Below are positions 1-9,518 of a stretch of DNA of 64,000 nucleotides, one piece after another. The notes beneath the pieces are model-generated. The model saw only the letters and a program-made list of their open reading frames with translations, did not search any database and was not told the origin of the DNA. Origin of the DNA: Porphyromonas sp. (GTDB taxonomy: Bacteria > Bacteroidota > Bacteroidia > Bacteroidales > Porphyromonadaceae); NCBI GenBank assembly GCA_030532005.1, contig JAUNLZ010000001.1, positions 7,242 to 71,241 on the forward strand, given 5' to 3'. Within the stretch, counting starts at the first letter, position 1, and each line of letters begins with the position of its first letter. The translations under genes and the position numbers were made by a program.

Positions 1-1
1 G

Positions 2-67
2 GAAGCCAATAACTTGGTACCGGAGGAGATCATCAGCGAGATACTTAATAAGGTACAGGTGCCTTGA
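2..67 (+). CDS. moxR: 3' end of MoxR-family AAA+ ATPase (partial, window edge)
   Basis: Frame 2 reads EANNLVPEEIISEILNKVQVP*, the typical MoxR C-terminus; lies directly upstream of DUF58/bat genes. Confidence 0.75.
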   Translation, partial: EANNLVPEEIISEILNKVQVP

Positions 68-95
68 TCGTCGGGTTTTATAGACAAAAGACGGT

Positions 96-971
96 GTGAT
101 GGAGACACAAGACCTCTTAAATAAAATCCGCAGGATAGAGATAAAGTCGAAGCGTCTCTCCCAAAATATATTTTCGGGAGAGTACCGCTCGGCCTTTAAG
201 GGGCGTGGTATGTCGTTTAGTGAGGTGCGGGAGTACCGACCGGGCGACGAGATCAGGGATATTGACTGGAACGTCACGGCACGCTACGCCAAGCCTTATG
301 TCAAGGTGTATGAGGAGGAGCGCGAACTAACAATGATGTTGTTGGTCGATGTCTCGGAGAGCGGACTTTTCGGTACCGTTGAGCGTACCAAGCGACAGTT
401 GATTGCCGAGATTGCCGGCACTTTGGCTTTTAGTACTATTACGAATAATGACAAAGTGGGGGTGATCTTTTTCTCCGACAGGGTAGAGAAGTTCATACCG
501 CCCGGCAAGGGTCGGAAGCACGTACTGCATATACTGACGGAGATATTGAGATTGGAGCCGTCGGGAAAGGGCACCAACCTCTCCGAGGCACTCATCTACG
601 CCAATAATGTACAGAAAAAGCAATGCACCCTCTTTATCCTATCCGACTTTATTGATGAGAGTGCATACGAACAGACACTCAACGTGGTGAGCCGAAAACA
701 TCAGGTGATGGCGATGCAGGTCTATGACCCCAAAGAGTCGGACCTCCCGGATGTGGGATTGCTCAGGGTACGTGACGCCGAGAGCGGCGAAATGATGATG
801 ATAGACAGTTCGTCCAAACGCATTCGCACAATGTATCGGGATTACTGGTTGGGGCTGACCGATAAGATGAGGGAGGCTTTTACAAAGTATGATATCAGCT
901 TTGTCAGCAGTCCGACGAATGAGGATTATGTACCATCGCTCCAACGATTATTTAACAAGAGAAGCAGGTGA
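96..971 (+). CDS. DUF58 domain (vWA-like) MoxR-associated protein
   Basis: GEYRSAFKGRGMSFSEVREYRPGDEIRDIDWNVTAR, KVYEEERE and SDF motifs; position in the bat operon. Confidence 0.92.
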   Translation: MMETQDLLNKIRRIEIKSKRLSQNIFSGEYRSAFKGRGMSFSEVREYRPGDEIRDIDWNVTARYAKPYVKVYEEERELTMMLLVDVSESGLFGTVERTKRQLIAEIAGTLAFSTITNNDKVGVIFFSDRVEKFIPPGKGRKHVLHILTEILRLEPSGKGTNLSEALIYANNVQKKQCTLFILSDFIDESAYEQTLNVVSRKHQVMAMQVYDPKESDLPDVGLLRVRDAESGEMMMIDSSSKRIRTMYRDYWLGLTDKMREAFTKYDISFVSSPTNEDYVPSLQRLFNKRSR

Positions 972-1972
972 GTAGACGTAACTACATATATATAAGGTTT
1001 GTGATACAATGTGTGATGGGGTGCGTGCTTCTACTCACCGCAGGCCACACATTGAGGGCTCAAGACAGGGAGCAAGTGCGGGTGATCCCCAAGCTGGAAC
1101 ACTCTACCATCAGGATAGGCGAGGAGGTGAAGCTCAATGTACGGGTGGTCTACCCCCGCACCGAGATGACCCGCTTGGTATTGCCGGAGGACACATTGGT
1201 CCACGGTGTCGAATTGGTACAGAGCCGGTTGGTGGACTCTCTAATCATCAACGACCGTCTGCAGGAGATGATCTACGAGGTCACCCTCACCTCGTTTGAC
1301 TCCGCCACTTATCAGCTCCGCAACATCAGTGCGTTAGTGGGTGATTCGCTCTATACCGCGACGGAGGCGCCCAACTTGATTGTCAATACGGTGCCTGTCG
1401 ATATGGAGCACCCGGATCAATATGCCGATATCAAAGATCAGTGGAAGCCCGCTTTTGTGTGGCAAGACTATCTGATGTATCTCTATATCTTGTTGGGGCT
1501 TATTGCCTTAGGTTTGGCTGCATACTATTTGGCAAGACACTTGAAGAAGCGTCAAACCAAGGGTGACGAGGTCTCCGTTGAGGAACCTCTCTTGGATCCC
1601 TATGAAGAGGCTGTACAAGGTATGCAGGCCCTCAAACAGAGGGAGCTTTGGGAACACAATCAGACCAAGCAATATTATACCGAGATGACGGACATCTTGA
1701 GACGCTATCTATATAGGGTCTATGGGATGGAGACGTTGGACAAGACCTCTAACGAGATATTGGAGGCTTTTAGAACGGAGATAGGGAAGGAGCGTATGTA
1801 TGCCGAACTCTCCAAGATACTCGGTACGGCCGACTTGGCAAAGTTTGCCAAGTACCAGCCCGAAGCGGACGAAAACATCGGTCTACTCTCGGCATCTATG
1901 GCATTTATTGAGGAGCATAAACCCAAACAGGAATCGACAGAGTCGGCTCAGGAAGGGGGTGAGACGCTATGA
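968..1972 (+). CDS. Conserved bat-operon membrane protein (BatD-like N-terminal domain, one TM helix)
   Basis: Signal-like N-terminus, single TM, C-terminal YYTEMTDILRRY and ADLAKFAKYQP; lies between DUF58 and batA. Confidence 0.8.
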   Translation: MSRRNYIYIRFVIQCVMGCVLLLTAGHTLRAQDREQVRVIPKLEHSTIRIGEEVKLNVRVVYPRTEMTRLVLPEDTLVHGVELVQSRLVDSLIINDRLQEMIYEVTLTSFDSATYQLRNISALVGDSLYTATEAPNLIVNTVPVDMEHPDQYADIKDQWKPAFVWQDYLMYLYILLGLIALGLAAYYLARHLKKRQTKGDEVSVEEPLLDPYEEAVQGMQALKQRELWEHNQTKQYYTEMTDILRRYLYRVYGMETLDKTSNEILEAFRTEIGKERMYAELSKILGTADLAKFAKYQPEADENIGLLSASMAFIEEHKPKQESTESAQEGGETL

Positions 1973-2949
1973 CCTTTGCCCAACCGTTATATTTTTGGCT
2001 ACTCTTGCTGTTGCCGCTTTTCGTCTGGTTGTACATCCGGAGAGAGCAACGCCCCGCCACATTTACACTCAGTACTACGCGAGCTTTTAGGGGTCGTACG
2101 CCGGCGTGGCGGACACGACTCAGTGGGTTGCCTTTTGTCTTGTCGTTGGCCGGCTACACCTTGGGAGTAGTGGCATTGGCTCGCCCGCAGAGCAGTAATT
2201 CATACTCCACCCAAAGCACTGAGGGTATCAATATCGTATTGGCATTAGACATCTCGGGCAGTATGTTGGCTCGGGACTTGCAGCCCAACCGCTTTGAGGC
2301 CGCCAAGAGTGTGGCGGGCGAATTTATCAGTTCGCGTCCCAATGACAACATCGGCTTGGTGGTCTTCGCGGGAGAGAGCTATACCCAGTGTCCGCTCACC
2401 ACGGACCACGCTGTATTGCTCAATATGGTCAATGCGGTAGATATGGGTTTGGTCAATGACGGCACCGCCATCGGCAGCGGTTTGGCAACGGCGGTCAATC
2501 GACTCAAAGATATAGAGGAGGGGAGCAAGGTGATCATCCTTCTGACCGACGGCACCAACAATGCCGGGTCGATTGCTCCCGTGACGGCCGCCGAGATAGC
2601 GGCAAGTTTCGGTATCAGAGTCTATACCGTGGCGGTCGGCACTATGGGCGAAGCGCTCTATCCGATACAGACCTACCTCGGTATAGAGTATGTCAAGATG
2701 CCGGTAGAGATTGACGAAACCAGCTTGAGGCAAATAGCGGCGACCACCGGAGGTACCTACTTCCGCGCGACGGACAATAACAGTCTCAAGGAGATATACC
2801 GTGAGATTGACCAATTGGAAAAGGTCAAACTCAAAGTGGAGAGTTTCACCCAAAAGGAAGAGAAGTTCCCGCCTTTCCTATGGAGTGGTATGGTGTTGCT
2901 TTTCATTGCCCTTTTGCTCAGAAGCACAATATTTAGGAGGATGCCATAA
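1969..2949 (+). CDS. batA: BatA, vWA domain protein
   Basis: MTFAQP N-terminus, ALARPQ, MIDAS motif DISGSM, LLTDG, GIRVYTVAVG. Confidence 0.92.
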   Translation: MTFAQPLYFWLLLLLPLFVWLYIRREQRPATFTLSTTRAFRGRTPAWRTRLSGLPFVLSLAGYTLGVVALARPQSSNSYSTQSTEGINIVLALDISGSMLARDLQPNRFEAAKSVAGEFISSRPNDNIGLVVFAGESYTQCPLTTDHAVLLNMVNAVDMGLVNDGTAIGSGLATAVNRLKDIEEGSKVIILLTDGTNNAGSIAPVTAAEIAASFGIRVYTVAVGTMGEALYPIQTYLGIEYVKMPVEIDETSLRQIAATTGGTYFRATDNNSLKEIYREIDQLEKVKLKVESFTQKEEKFPPFLWSGMVLLFIALLLRSTIFRRMP

Positions 2950-3977
2950 TGAGATTTTCAGATCCATACATATTACTCTTATTGATTCCTCTGCTATTGA
3001 CAGCCCTATTCTTGATATGGAGGATGGCTCGACAGAGACGCGAGTTGCTGAAGTTTGGAGAGACCGATTTGGTGCGGACACTGATGCCGGACCTCTCTTT
3101 ACGTCGCAAATTGGCAAAGGACCTCCTATTGTTGTCTGCCGTGGCACTGTTTGTAGTAGCGCTGGCACGCCCGCAGATGGGAGCCAAGAGCGAGACGATC
3201 AAGCAACAGGGGATCGAACTGATGGTGGCTATGGACATCTCTAATTCGATGCTCTCCGATGATGTCAAACCGAGCCGTTTAGATAGAGCAAAGGCAATAG
3301 TGTCAAGGATTATAGACAAGTTGGACAACAATAAGATCGGACTCATCTACTTTGCGGGAGACGCTTACGTGCAGTTGCCGATAACGGGAGATATGGTCTC
3401 TGCCAAGATGTTCCTCAACAACGCATCTCCCGACCTGATACAGGTACAAGGGACGGTATTGGAACAGGCAATCCGATTGGGCATCAAGAGCTTTTCGAGC
3501 GACGACAAGGTGAAACGGGCTATAGTACTGATCACTGATGCCGAGAATCATGAGGGTGATGTGCTGGCTGCGGTCAAGGCGGCAAAGGAGAAGGGCATCA
3601 TCGTCCACGTCATCGGCGTAGGCTCAGTGGACGGGGGACCGATCCCTCTGCCCCAAGGCGGTTATCTAAAAGATGTCGAAGACCGTATGGTGATTACCAA
3701 ACTCAATGAACAGTTGGCCCGTGAGGTGGCAACTGCTTCGGGCGGCATCTACATCCGTGCCAACGATGTTTCGCAAACCGTGAGAGCTTTGGGAGACAGT
3801 ATTGATAAGTTGGACCAGGCGGAATTGGAGATGAAGATCTACACCGCCTACAATGAGGTCTACTATGTACCGTTATTGGCGGGGCTGTTGCTACTGATGT
3901 TGGATTTAGTGCTCTTGGATCGCAAGAATAGGTATTTGAGACGGGTGCATCTTTTTGACCGACGAACGAATGAATAA
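2949..3977 (+). CDS. batB: BatB, vWA domain protein
   Basis: ALARPQ, DISNSM, PSRLDRAK, ITDAENHEG; follows batA with a 1-nt stop/start overlap. Confidence 0.92.
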   Translation: MRFSDPYILLLLIPLLLTALFLIWRMARQRRELLKFGETDLVRTLMPDLSLRRKLAKDLLLLSAVALFVVALARPQMGAKSETIKQQGIELMVAMDISNSMLSDDVKPSRLDRAKAIVSRIIDKLDNNKIGLIYFAGDAYVQLPITGDMVSAKMFLNNASPDLIQVQGTVLEQAIRLGIKSFSSDDKVKRAIVLITDAENHEGDVLAAVKAAKEKGIIVHVIGVGSVDGGPIPLPQGGYLKDVEDRMVITKLNEQLAREVATASGGIYIRANDVSQTVRALGDSIDKLDQAELEMKIYTAYNEVYYVPLLAGLLLLMLDLVLLDRKNRYLRRVHLFDRRTNE

Positions 3978-3983
3978 TTGGAT

Positions 3984-4724
3984 ATGGGGCTGAGAATAAG
4001 ACGACTATTCCTTATCTGCACACTACTCTGTACGCTTTCGGGGGCGAGCTACGCCCAAAAGGAGGTGCGACAATCGGTGCGTAAGGGCAATAGTTATTTT
4101 GAGAAACAGAGCTACGACAAGGCGGAGATCGAATACCGTAAGGCATTGGAACAGAACCCTGCCGATCCGGAGTCGAACTACAACCTTGCCAATACGCTCT
4201 ATCGTACAGAGCGGAGTGAGGAAGCTGCCAAAATCTATCAAGAATTGCTCAAAGAGGTACAACTGATGCCTAAGGATCGGGCGGCGGACGTCGCTCACAA
4301 TGCCGGTAATATCGCTATGGCTTCTAAGGATTATGCGACGGCGATAGAGATGTACAAAACCTCGCTCCGTAAGAGGCCGACCGACGAGGAGACCAGATAC
4401 AACCTCGCTTTGGCTCAAAAACTACTGGAACAGCAACAAGGCGGTGAGGACGATCAACAACAGGAGGATCAGCAAGAGCAACAACAGCAAGATCAACAGG
4501 AGCAAGAGCAAGAGCAACAAAACGATGAGCAACAACAACAGCAAAATCAAGAGCAACAAAATAAACCGCAAGAGCAACAGTCCGACCAACAGCAGATGAG
4601 TCAGGACAATGCGGAGAAGATATTAAATGCCTTTTTGCAAGATGAAAAAGAGACCCAACGAAAGGTGGAGCAGATGAAGCAACAGCAACAGAAAGGCAGG
4701 AAGTCAAGACCCAAGAATTGGTAA
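3984..4724 (+). CDS. batC: BatC, TPR protein with Gln-rich linker
   Basis: Signal peptide, TPR repeats (YNLANTLY, HNAGN, RYNLALA), Q/E-rich tract, ends in KNW; ATG 3984 chosen over TTG 3978. Confidence 0.9.
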   Translation: MGLRIRRLFLICTLLCTLSGASYAQKEVRQSVRKGNSYFEKQSYDKAEIEYRKALEQNPADPESNYNLANTLYRTERSEEAAKIYQELLKEVQLMPKDRAADVAHNAGNIAMASKDYATAIEMYKTSLRKRPTDEETRYNLALAQKLLEQQQGGEDDQQQEDQQEQQQQDQQEQEQEQQNDEQQQQQNQEQQNKPQEQQSDQQQMSQDNAEKILNAFLQDEKETQRKVEQMKQQQQKGRKSRPKNW

Positions 4725-6523
4725 TGATGACAAATATACGCAGATACTTACTTTTGTTGGTGGCGTTGGCAGCCACAGTAGGGGCGATGGCTCAGAATAG
4801 TGTGGTATTCGAAGCCAATATCCCTAACCACATCATAGCGGGCGAACCGTTTTCGATACAATTCACCGTCAACGCCTCGACCAAGGACATTGAGTTTGAG
4901 CTCCCGGAGGGATTGGAGTACCTATACGGTCCCGCCAAAGGCACCAGTTCGTCTATGCGCATCATCAACGGCAAAAGGACGTCGAGCAAATCCACCTCCT
5001 TTACCTATACGTTTATGGCAGGTGAGGAGGGCAATTACATCATCCCCGAAGCCTCTGTGGTGGTAGACGGAGCTACTTACCGTACCTCATCGGTTCGGAT
5101 CAAAGTATTCGCCGCCGACACCGACACCGAAATTCGACAGAACCATACCGGTACCGGGATCTCGGACAGCGATCTCTACATCGTTGCCATACCCGACAAG
5201 ACCAAAGTATACGAACAAGAGGCGGTACAGATTACCTACAAGTTGTATTCGCGACTTGAAAACCCACAGTTCACCAACTTCTCCTTTCCCGACTACGAAG
5301 GGTTTGTGCAATACGTCCAAGACGACGGCAGCCACGCACAGTTCCAGGCGGAGGAGGTCAACGGCAAGCTCTACTACACCGCCCCTTTCTACTCCGTCAT
5401 CGTCTACCCCCAACACTCCGGCAAGTTAGAGATCCAACCGGCAGAGTTTGAGATGGTGGTCAATATGCCGGTATCCAACCCACAAAGGAGCCTTTTCGAC
5501 GCTTTCTTTGACAACTTCCAACAGGTCAAGAAATCAATCAAGACCAAGCCGATCACCATTGAGGTGAAACCACTGCCCACACCCCAACCGGAGAGCTTTA
5601 ACGGGGCGGTGGGTCAGTACACCCTCAATTCCGAAGTATCATCCAAGGTACTCAAGACCAACGAGAGTATAACCATCAAACTGACCTTGGAGGGTAAGGG
5701 AAATATCAAGTTGGCACAGTTGCCCGATGTGGTATTCCCCGAAGGGTTTGAGACATACGATCCCAAGGAGAGCGATGACACAGGCATCAGCGGCGGCAAC
5801 ACTCGCGGCAGCAAGAGCAAGGAATACTATGCGGTGCCTAAACATACCGGCGACTTTACCATACCCGAGATACCATTTAGCTATTTTGATCCGAAGCAGG
5901 GCAGCTACCAAACCGTCACGCTTCCGGAGATTAAAGTACACGTGGATAAAGGAGAGAGTAGCGGTGCCACGACGGTGACCGGTCTGCCGGATAAGGAAGA
6001 TGTCAAGTACTTGGGCAAAGACATCCGTTACTTGAAGAGCGGTAACCGGATCACGACCCCCACACAGAGTAAGCGCTCGGCATATATTGGAGGATACATT
6101 GCTCTCGCCCTATCCTTTGCTGTACTGTTGGTGATCGTTAGGAAGCGCGAAGCGGCCAATGCCGATACCGCCACCAATCGCAGTCGTAAGGCGGGCAAGA
6201 CCGCACAGAAGTACCTCAAGATAGCCAACCGTATGCGGAGTAAAGGGGAGGCGAGCGCTTATTACGAAGCGTTGCTCAAAGGGTTGAGCGACTTCCTGAG
6301 TGCAAAGTTCCACATCCCTCTCTCCGAGATGTCTAAAGACAATATCAGCGATACTATGTTGCGGAGCGGTGTCAATAGAGAACTGGCTGACGAAGCGATC
6401 GACACCCTGAGTGCATTGGAGCTGGCACGCTACACCCCAAGCGAGATGGAGGAGCGGGCACAGCTCTACGACAGAGCCGCCAAGGTGATAGAGGGAGTAC
6501 AAAAGACCAAACTAAAGAAGTAA
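4724..6523 (+). CDS. batD: BatD family protein
   Basis: Signal peptide, IINGK, KVYEQE, FNGAVG, FSYFDP motifs, C-terminal TM; ATG overlaps the batC stop. Confidence 0.9.
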   Translation: MMTNIRRYLLLLVALAATVGAMAQNSVVFEANIPNHIIAGEPFSIQFTVNASTKDIEFELPEGLEYLYGPAKGTSSSMRIINGKRTSSKSTSFTYTFMAGEEGNYIIPEASVVVDGATYRTSSVRIKVFAADTDTEIRQNHTGTGISDSDLYIVAIPDKTKVYEQEAVQITYKLYSRLENPQFTNFSFPDYEGFVQYVQDDGSHAQFQAEEVNGKLYYTAPFYSVIVYPQHSGKLEIQPAEFEMVVNMPVSNPQRSLFDAFFDNFQQVKKSIKTKPITIEVKPLPTPQPESFNGAVGQYTLNSEVSSKVLKTNESITIKLTLEGKGNIKLAQLPDVVFPEGFETYDPKESDDTGISGGNTRGSKSKEYYAVPKHTGDFTIPEIPFSYFDPKQGSYQTVTLPEIKVHVDKGESSGATTVTGLPDKEDVKYLGKDIRYLKSGNRITTPTQSKRSAYIGGYIALALSFAVLLVIVRKREAANADTATNRSRKAGKTAQKYLKIANRMRSKGEASAYYEALLKGLSDFLSAKFHIPLSEMSKDNISDTMLRSGVNRELADEAIDTLSALELARYTPSEMEERAQLYDRAAKVIEGVQKTKLKK

Positions 6524-6527
6524 GCCT

Positions 6528-7292
6528 ATGCAACGACTTTTATTATCATTGGTATATATATTGACCGTTGTCGCAACGGCGACCGCCACCCCCTTTGAGG
6601 AGGGAGTAGCCGCATACGGGCAGGCAGATTACCCCGCCGCCATCGAGTACTTCACCCAATCCCTCAACGAAGAGGGCCCCACAGCCGAAGGGTATTACAA
6701 CTTAGGAGCCGCCTACTATAAAAACGACGAATTGGCACAAGCCATCCTTGCCTTTGAGCGTGCTTATAGGATAGCTCCTTCGGATCGAGACATCCGCTTT
6801 AATTTAGACTTGGCACGCTCCCAAACCATCGACGAGATAGAGGAGGAGCGGCAATTATTCATCAGTCGCCGGTTCCGGCAAATGTCACACTGGGCAAGCC
6901 TCACCTTTTGGCGTGCGGCAGGGCTTACTTTATTTGCTATCTTCCTTGTCGGTCTATTCCACTACCTTAGGGGCAAGAGACGCTCCATCCGACAACTCGG
7001 CTTTTACGGCGGTATTGCGGCACTATTCCTATCCGTAGTGGTCAACTTGCTTGCCTACCGTTCGTACCAATTCACCCACGATGACAAAGAGGCGATACTG
7101 ACGGCTGACATCATCACCGTCAAGAGTTCGCCCGACGCCTCGGCCAAAGACATTGTAGTGGTACACTCTGGACTTAAAGTCGAGACCCTGCAACAGCTGT
7201 CAGGCTATGTCGAGGTCAAGCTGCCCGACGGCACCATAGGTTGGATTCCCCAAGAGGCGTGTCAGATCATCAATAACTTTAATATCAAATAA
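6528..7292 (+). CDS. batE: BatE, TPR plus SH3 protein
   Basis: TPR (YYNLGAAYYK...AILAFERA), two TMs, C-terminal SH3b (HSGLKV...DGTIGWI). Confidence 0.9.
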   Translation: MQRLLLSLVYILTVVATATATPFEEGVAAYGQADYPAAIEYFTQSLNEEGPTAEGYYNLGAAYYKNDELAQAILAFERAYRIAPSDRDIRFNLDLARSQTIDEIEEERQLFISRRFRQMSHWASLTFWRAAGLTLFAIFLVGLFHYLRGKRRSIRQLGFYGGIAALFLSVVVNLLAYRSYQFTHDDKEAILTADIITVKSSPDASAKDIVVVHSGLKVETLQQLSGYVEVKLPDGTIGWIPQEACQIINNFNIK

Positions 7293-7987
7293 TGATAGAG
7301 TCCCTTGTCGGAATAGAGCGAGAGGCCTTCTTAGCCCTCAATAGTCCGCACAGCTATTACTTGGATAGCGTGATGTTTCTGATCTCTGACCGATGGCCTT
7401 GGATCATCTTTACCATCTTGTTTCTGCTCTTGATGTCATACAAACAGAGGTGGAGAGAGGTGGTATTGCTGATTTTGGCCATTGTCTTTTTGGTCATCGT
7501 TGCCGACGGCGTCTCCTCTGGGATCATCAAACCTATATTCCAGAGATACAGACCCACCCACCACCCGCTCACGGCAGATGTGGTCAAAACTGTTCTGGGA
7601 CATAGGGGCGGCGGCTACGGCTTTGTATCGGGACACGCCACCAACTTTTTTGCCTTCGCTCTCTTCTCCACATTGGTGGTACGGCACCTGTGGTACGGCA
7701 TCGCCTCCCACCTTGTCGCGCTCAACGTCGCCTACTCCAGGATCTATTTGGGTATGCACTTTATATCCGACGTGATACCCGGCATCCTTTTGGGTCTCGT
7801 ATGCGGGTGGTTGGTCTACCTATTGTACAGAGAGTCACGGATCGCGTTCCTCAACGTTGAGAGACGACGAGCCAACCGCAGCTACCTCAGCACCCCTTGC
7901 CATAAACATACAGTGGCCGGACTTATGGCACTATTTATCATTGTGATTTGGACAGCCGGACCCTATTTCTTCCGATTTTACGAATAA
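7292..7987 (+). CDS. PAP2-family membrane phosphatase
   Basis: K-x-x-x-x-R-x-RP, FVSGHA and SRIYLGMHFISDV catalytic motifs. Confidence 0.9.
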   Translation: MIESLVGIEREAFLALNSPHSYYLDSVMFLISDRWPWIIFTILFLLLMSYKQRWREVVLLILAIVFLVIVADGVSSGIIKPIFQRYRPTHHPLTADVVKTVLGHRGGGYGFVSGHATNFFAFALFSTLVVRHLWYGIASHLVALNVAYSRIYLGMHFISDVIPGILLGLVCGWLVYLLYRESRIAFLNVERRRANRSYLSTPCHKHTVAGLMALFIIVIWTAGPYFFRFYE

Positions 7988-8006
7988 CAATAACAACATA
8001 TTAATA

Positions 8007-9107
8007 ATGGATATCACAAGACTACAAGACATTCTAACTCACTTCCCCATCCCGGAACCAATCATCAATATCAAGCCAATCGGCAACGGGCATATCAATG
8101 ACACCTACGGCGTGGTAGTGGATACCGCCGAAGGCGAAAAGACTAAGTATGTATTGCAGCGGATTAATGATGACGTATTTACAGACGTCGATACGTTGCA
8201 GCACAATATCTTTGCCGTCACCTCACACATCCGACAAAAGTTGGAAGCGATGGGCACCACCGATATCGACCGCCAGGTACTGACTTTCCTCAAAACCCGT
8301 GAGGGCGAGAAATACATCAGGATTGACGGACAGGTGTGGCGCCTCAGTCTCTACATTGAGGGGAGTGTCAGTTACGACAATGTCACGCCCGAATTGGCTT
8401 ACGAAGCGGGCAAAGCCTTTGGTGATTTCCATACCATGCTTGCCGATATCCCCGAAGGGCTTTTGGGCGAAACGATACCCGACTTCCACAATATGACGTT
8501 CCGCCTGCAACAGCTGAGAGAAGCGGTGGCAGAGGATAAAGCGGGTCGGTATGACGAGGTCAAAGATTTAGTACAAGAGTTGGAGCAACGCGCCGAAGAG
8601 ATGACCATCCAGGACCGACTCTTTGCGGAAGGCAAGCTCAAGAAACGCACCAACCACTGTGACACCAAAGTCAATAACATACTGTTTGACAAAGCTACAG
8701 GCGAAGTGCTCTGCGTCATCGACTTGGACACCGTGATGCCGGGATTTGTACTCTCCGACATCGGAGACTTTATCCGTACCGCAGTCAACACAGGTGAGGA
8801 GGATGACGAAAACTTGGAACGCATACAGGTCAATACCGATATATTTAAGAGCTACACCCGCGGGTACATGGAGAAAGCCCAAACATTCCTCTCCCCACTC
8901 GAGATCAAGCTACTCCCCTACGGAGGCAGGTTGCTCACATATATGCAGACGGTAAGGTTTTTGACCGACTACCTCAATGGCGATACCTACTACAAGACGC
9001 ACAAACCAAAACACAACCTCATCCGCAGCATCGCCCAGTTTGAGTTCCTCCGTCGTCTCGAAGAACAGCGAGAGGAGATGGATCATTTTATGGACCAATG
9101 GCTTTGA
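8007..9107 (+). CDS. APH/choline-kinase-fold phosphotransferase (N-acetylhexosamine 1-kinase/MdsC-like)
   Basis: GNGHINDTY, YVLQRIN, ETIPDFH, HCDTKVNN, IDLDTVMPG, FLTDYLNGDTYY. Confidence 0.8.
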   Translation: MDITRLQDILTHFPIPEPIINIKPIGNGHINDTYGVVVDTAEGEKTKYVLQRINDDVFTDVDTLQHNIFAVTSHIRQKLEAMGTTDIDRQVLTFLKTREGEKYIRIDGQVWRLSLYIEGSVSYDNVTPELAYEAGKAFGDFHTMLADIPEGLLGETIPDFHNMTFRLQQLREAVAEDKAGRYDEVKDLVQELEQRAEEMTIQDRLFAEGKLKKRTNHCDTKVNNILFDKATGEVLCVIDLDTVMPGFVLSDIGDFIRTAVNTGEEDDENLERIQVNTDIFKSYTRGYMEKAQTFLSPLEIKLLPYGGRLLTYMQTVRFLTDYLNGDTYYKTHKPKHNLIRSIAQFEFLRRLEEQREEMDHFMDQWL

Positions 9108-9140
9108 CAGCCGCACACCCGTGACCGAGCCTCATCAATA

Positions 9141-9518
9141 ATGAAGCACAAGAGGAAACAGACCTTCAACCGCCAACGTATCAGAGACAGCTTCGGTTAC
9201 GCTTGGCAAGGGGTTTTAACCCTCTTTCGACATACAGCCAATGCCCGCATACACCTACTCTTTGCCATAGGAGTGGTGCTTGCGGGCTTATTCTTTCACG
9301 TCACCAAAGGAGAGTGGATAGCCCTGATCCTCTGCATCACGGCGGTTCTTTCGTTAGAAGCGATCAACAGTGCATTAGAAAACTTGAGTGACCAAGTTTC
9401 GCCCGATTACTCCCCTCTCATACGTGACGCCAAAGACCTCTCGGCAGGAGCCGTACTCATAGCTGCCATCGGCAGTGCCATCATCGGACTCATCATATTT
9501 ATCCCCTATCTGTTTTGA
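9141..9518 (+). CDS. dgkA: Prokaryotic diacylglycerol kinase family (undecaprenol kinase-like)
   Basis: SFGYAWQG, NARIH, EAINSALE, AKDLSAGAVL; three TMs. Confidence 0.88.
   Translation: MKHKRKQTFNRQRIRDSFGYAWQGVLTLFRHTANARIHLLFAIGVVLAGLFFHVTKGEWIALILCITAVLSLEAINSALENLSDQVSPDYSPLIRDAKDLSAGAVLIAAIGSAIIGLIIFIPYLF

Noticed and set aside
8007-9107. Aminoglycoside resistance gene
   Set aside because: Only the fold is APH-like. The motifs fit the sugar-kinase/MdsC-like subgroup, in a core operon with no mobile context.
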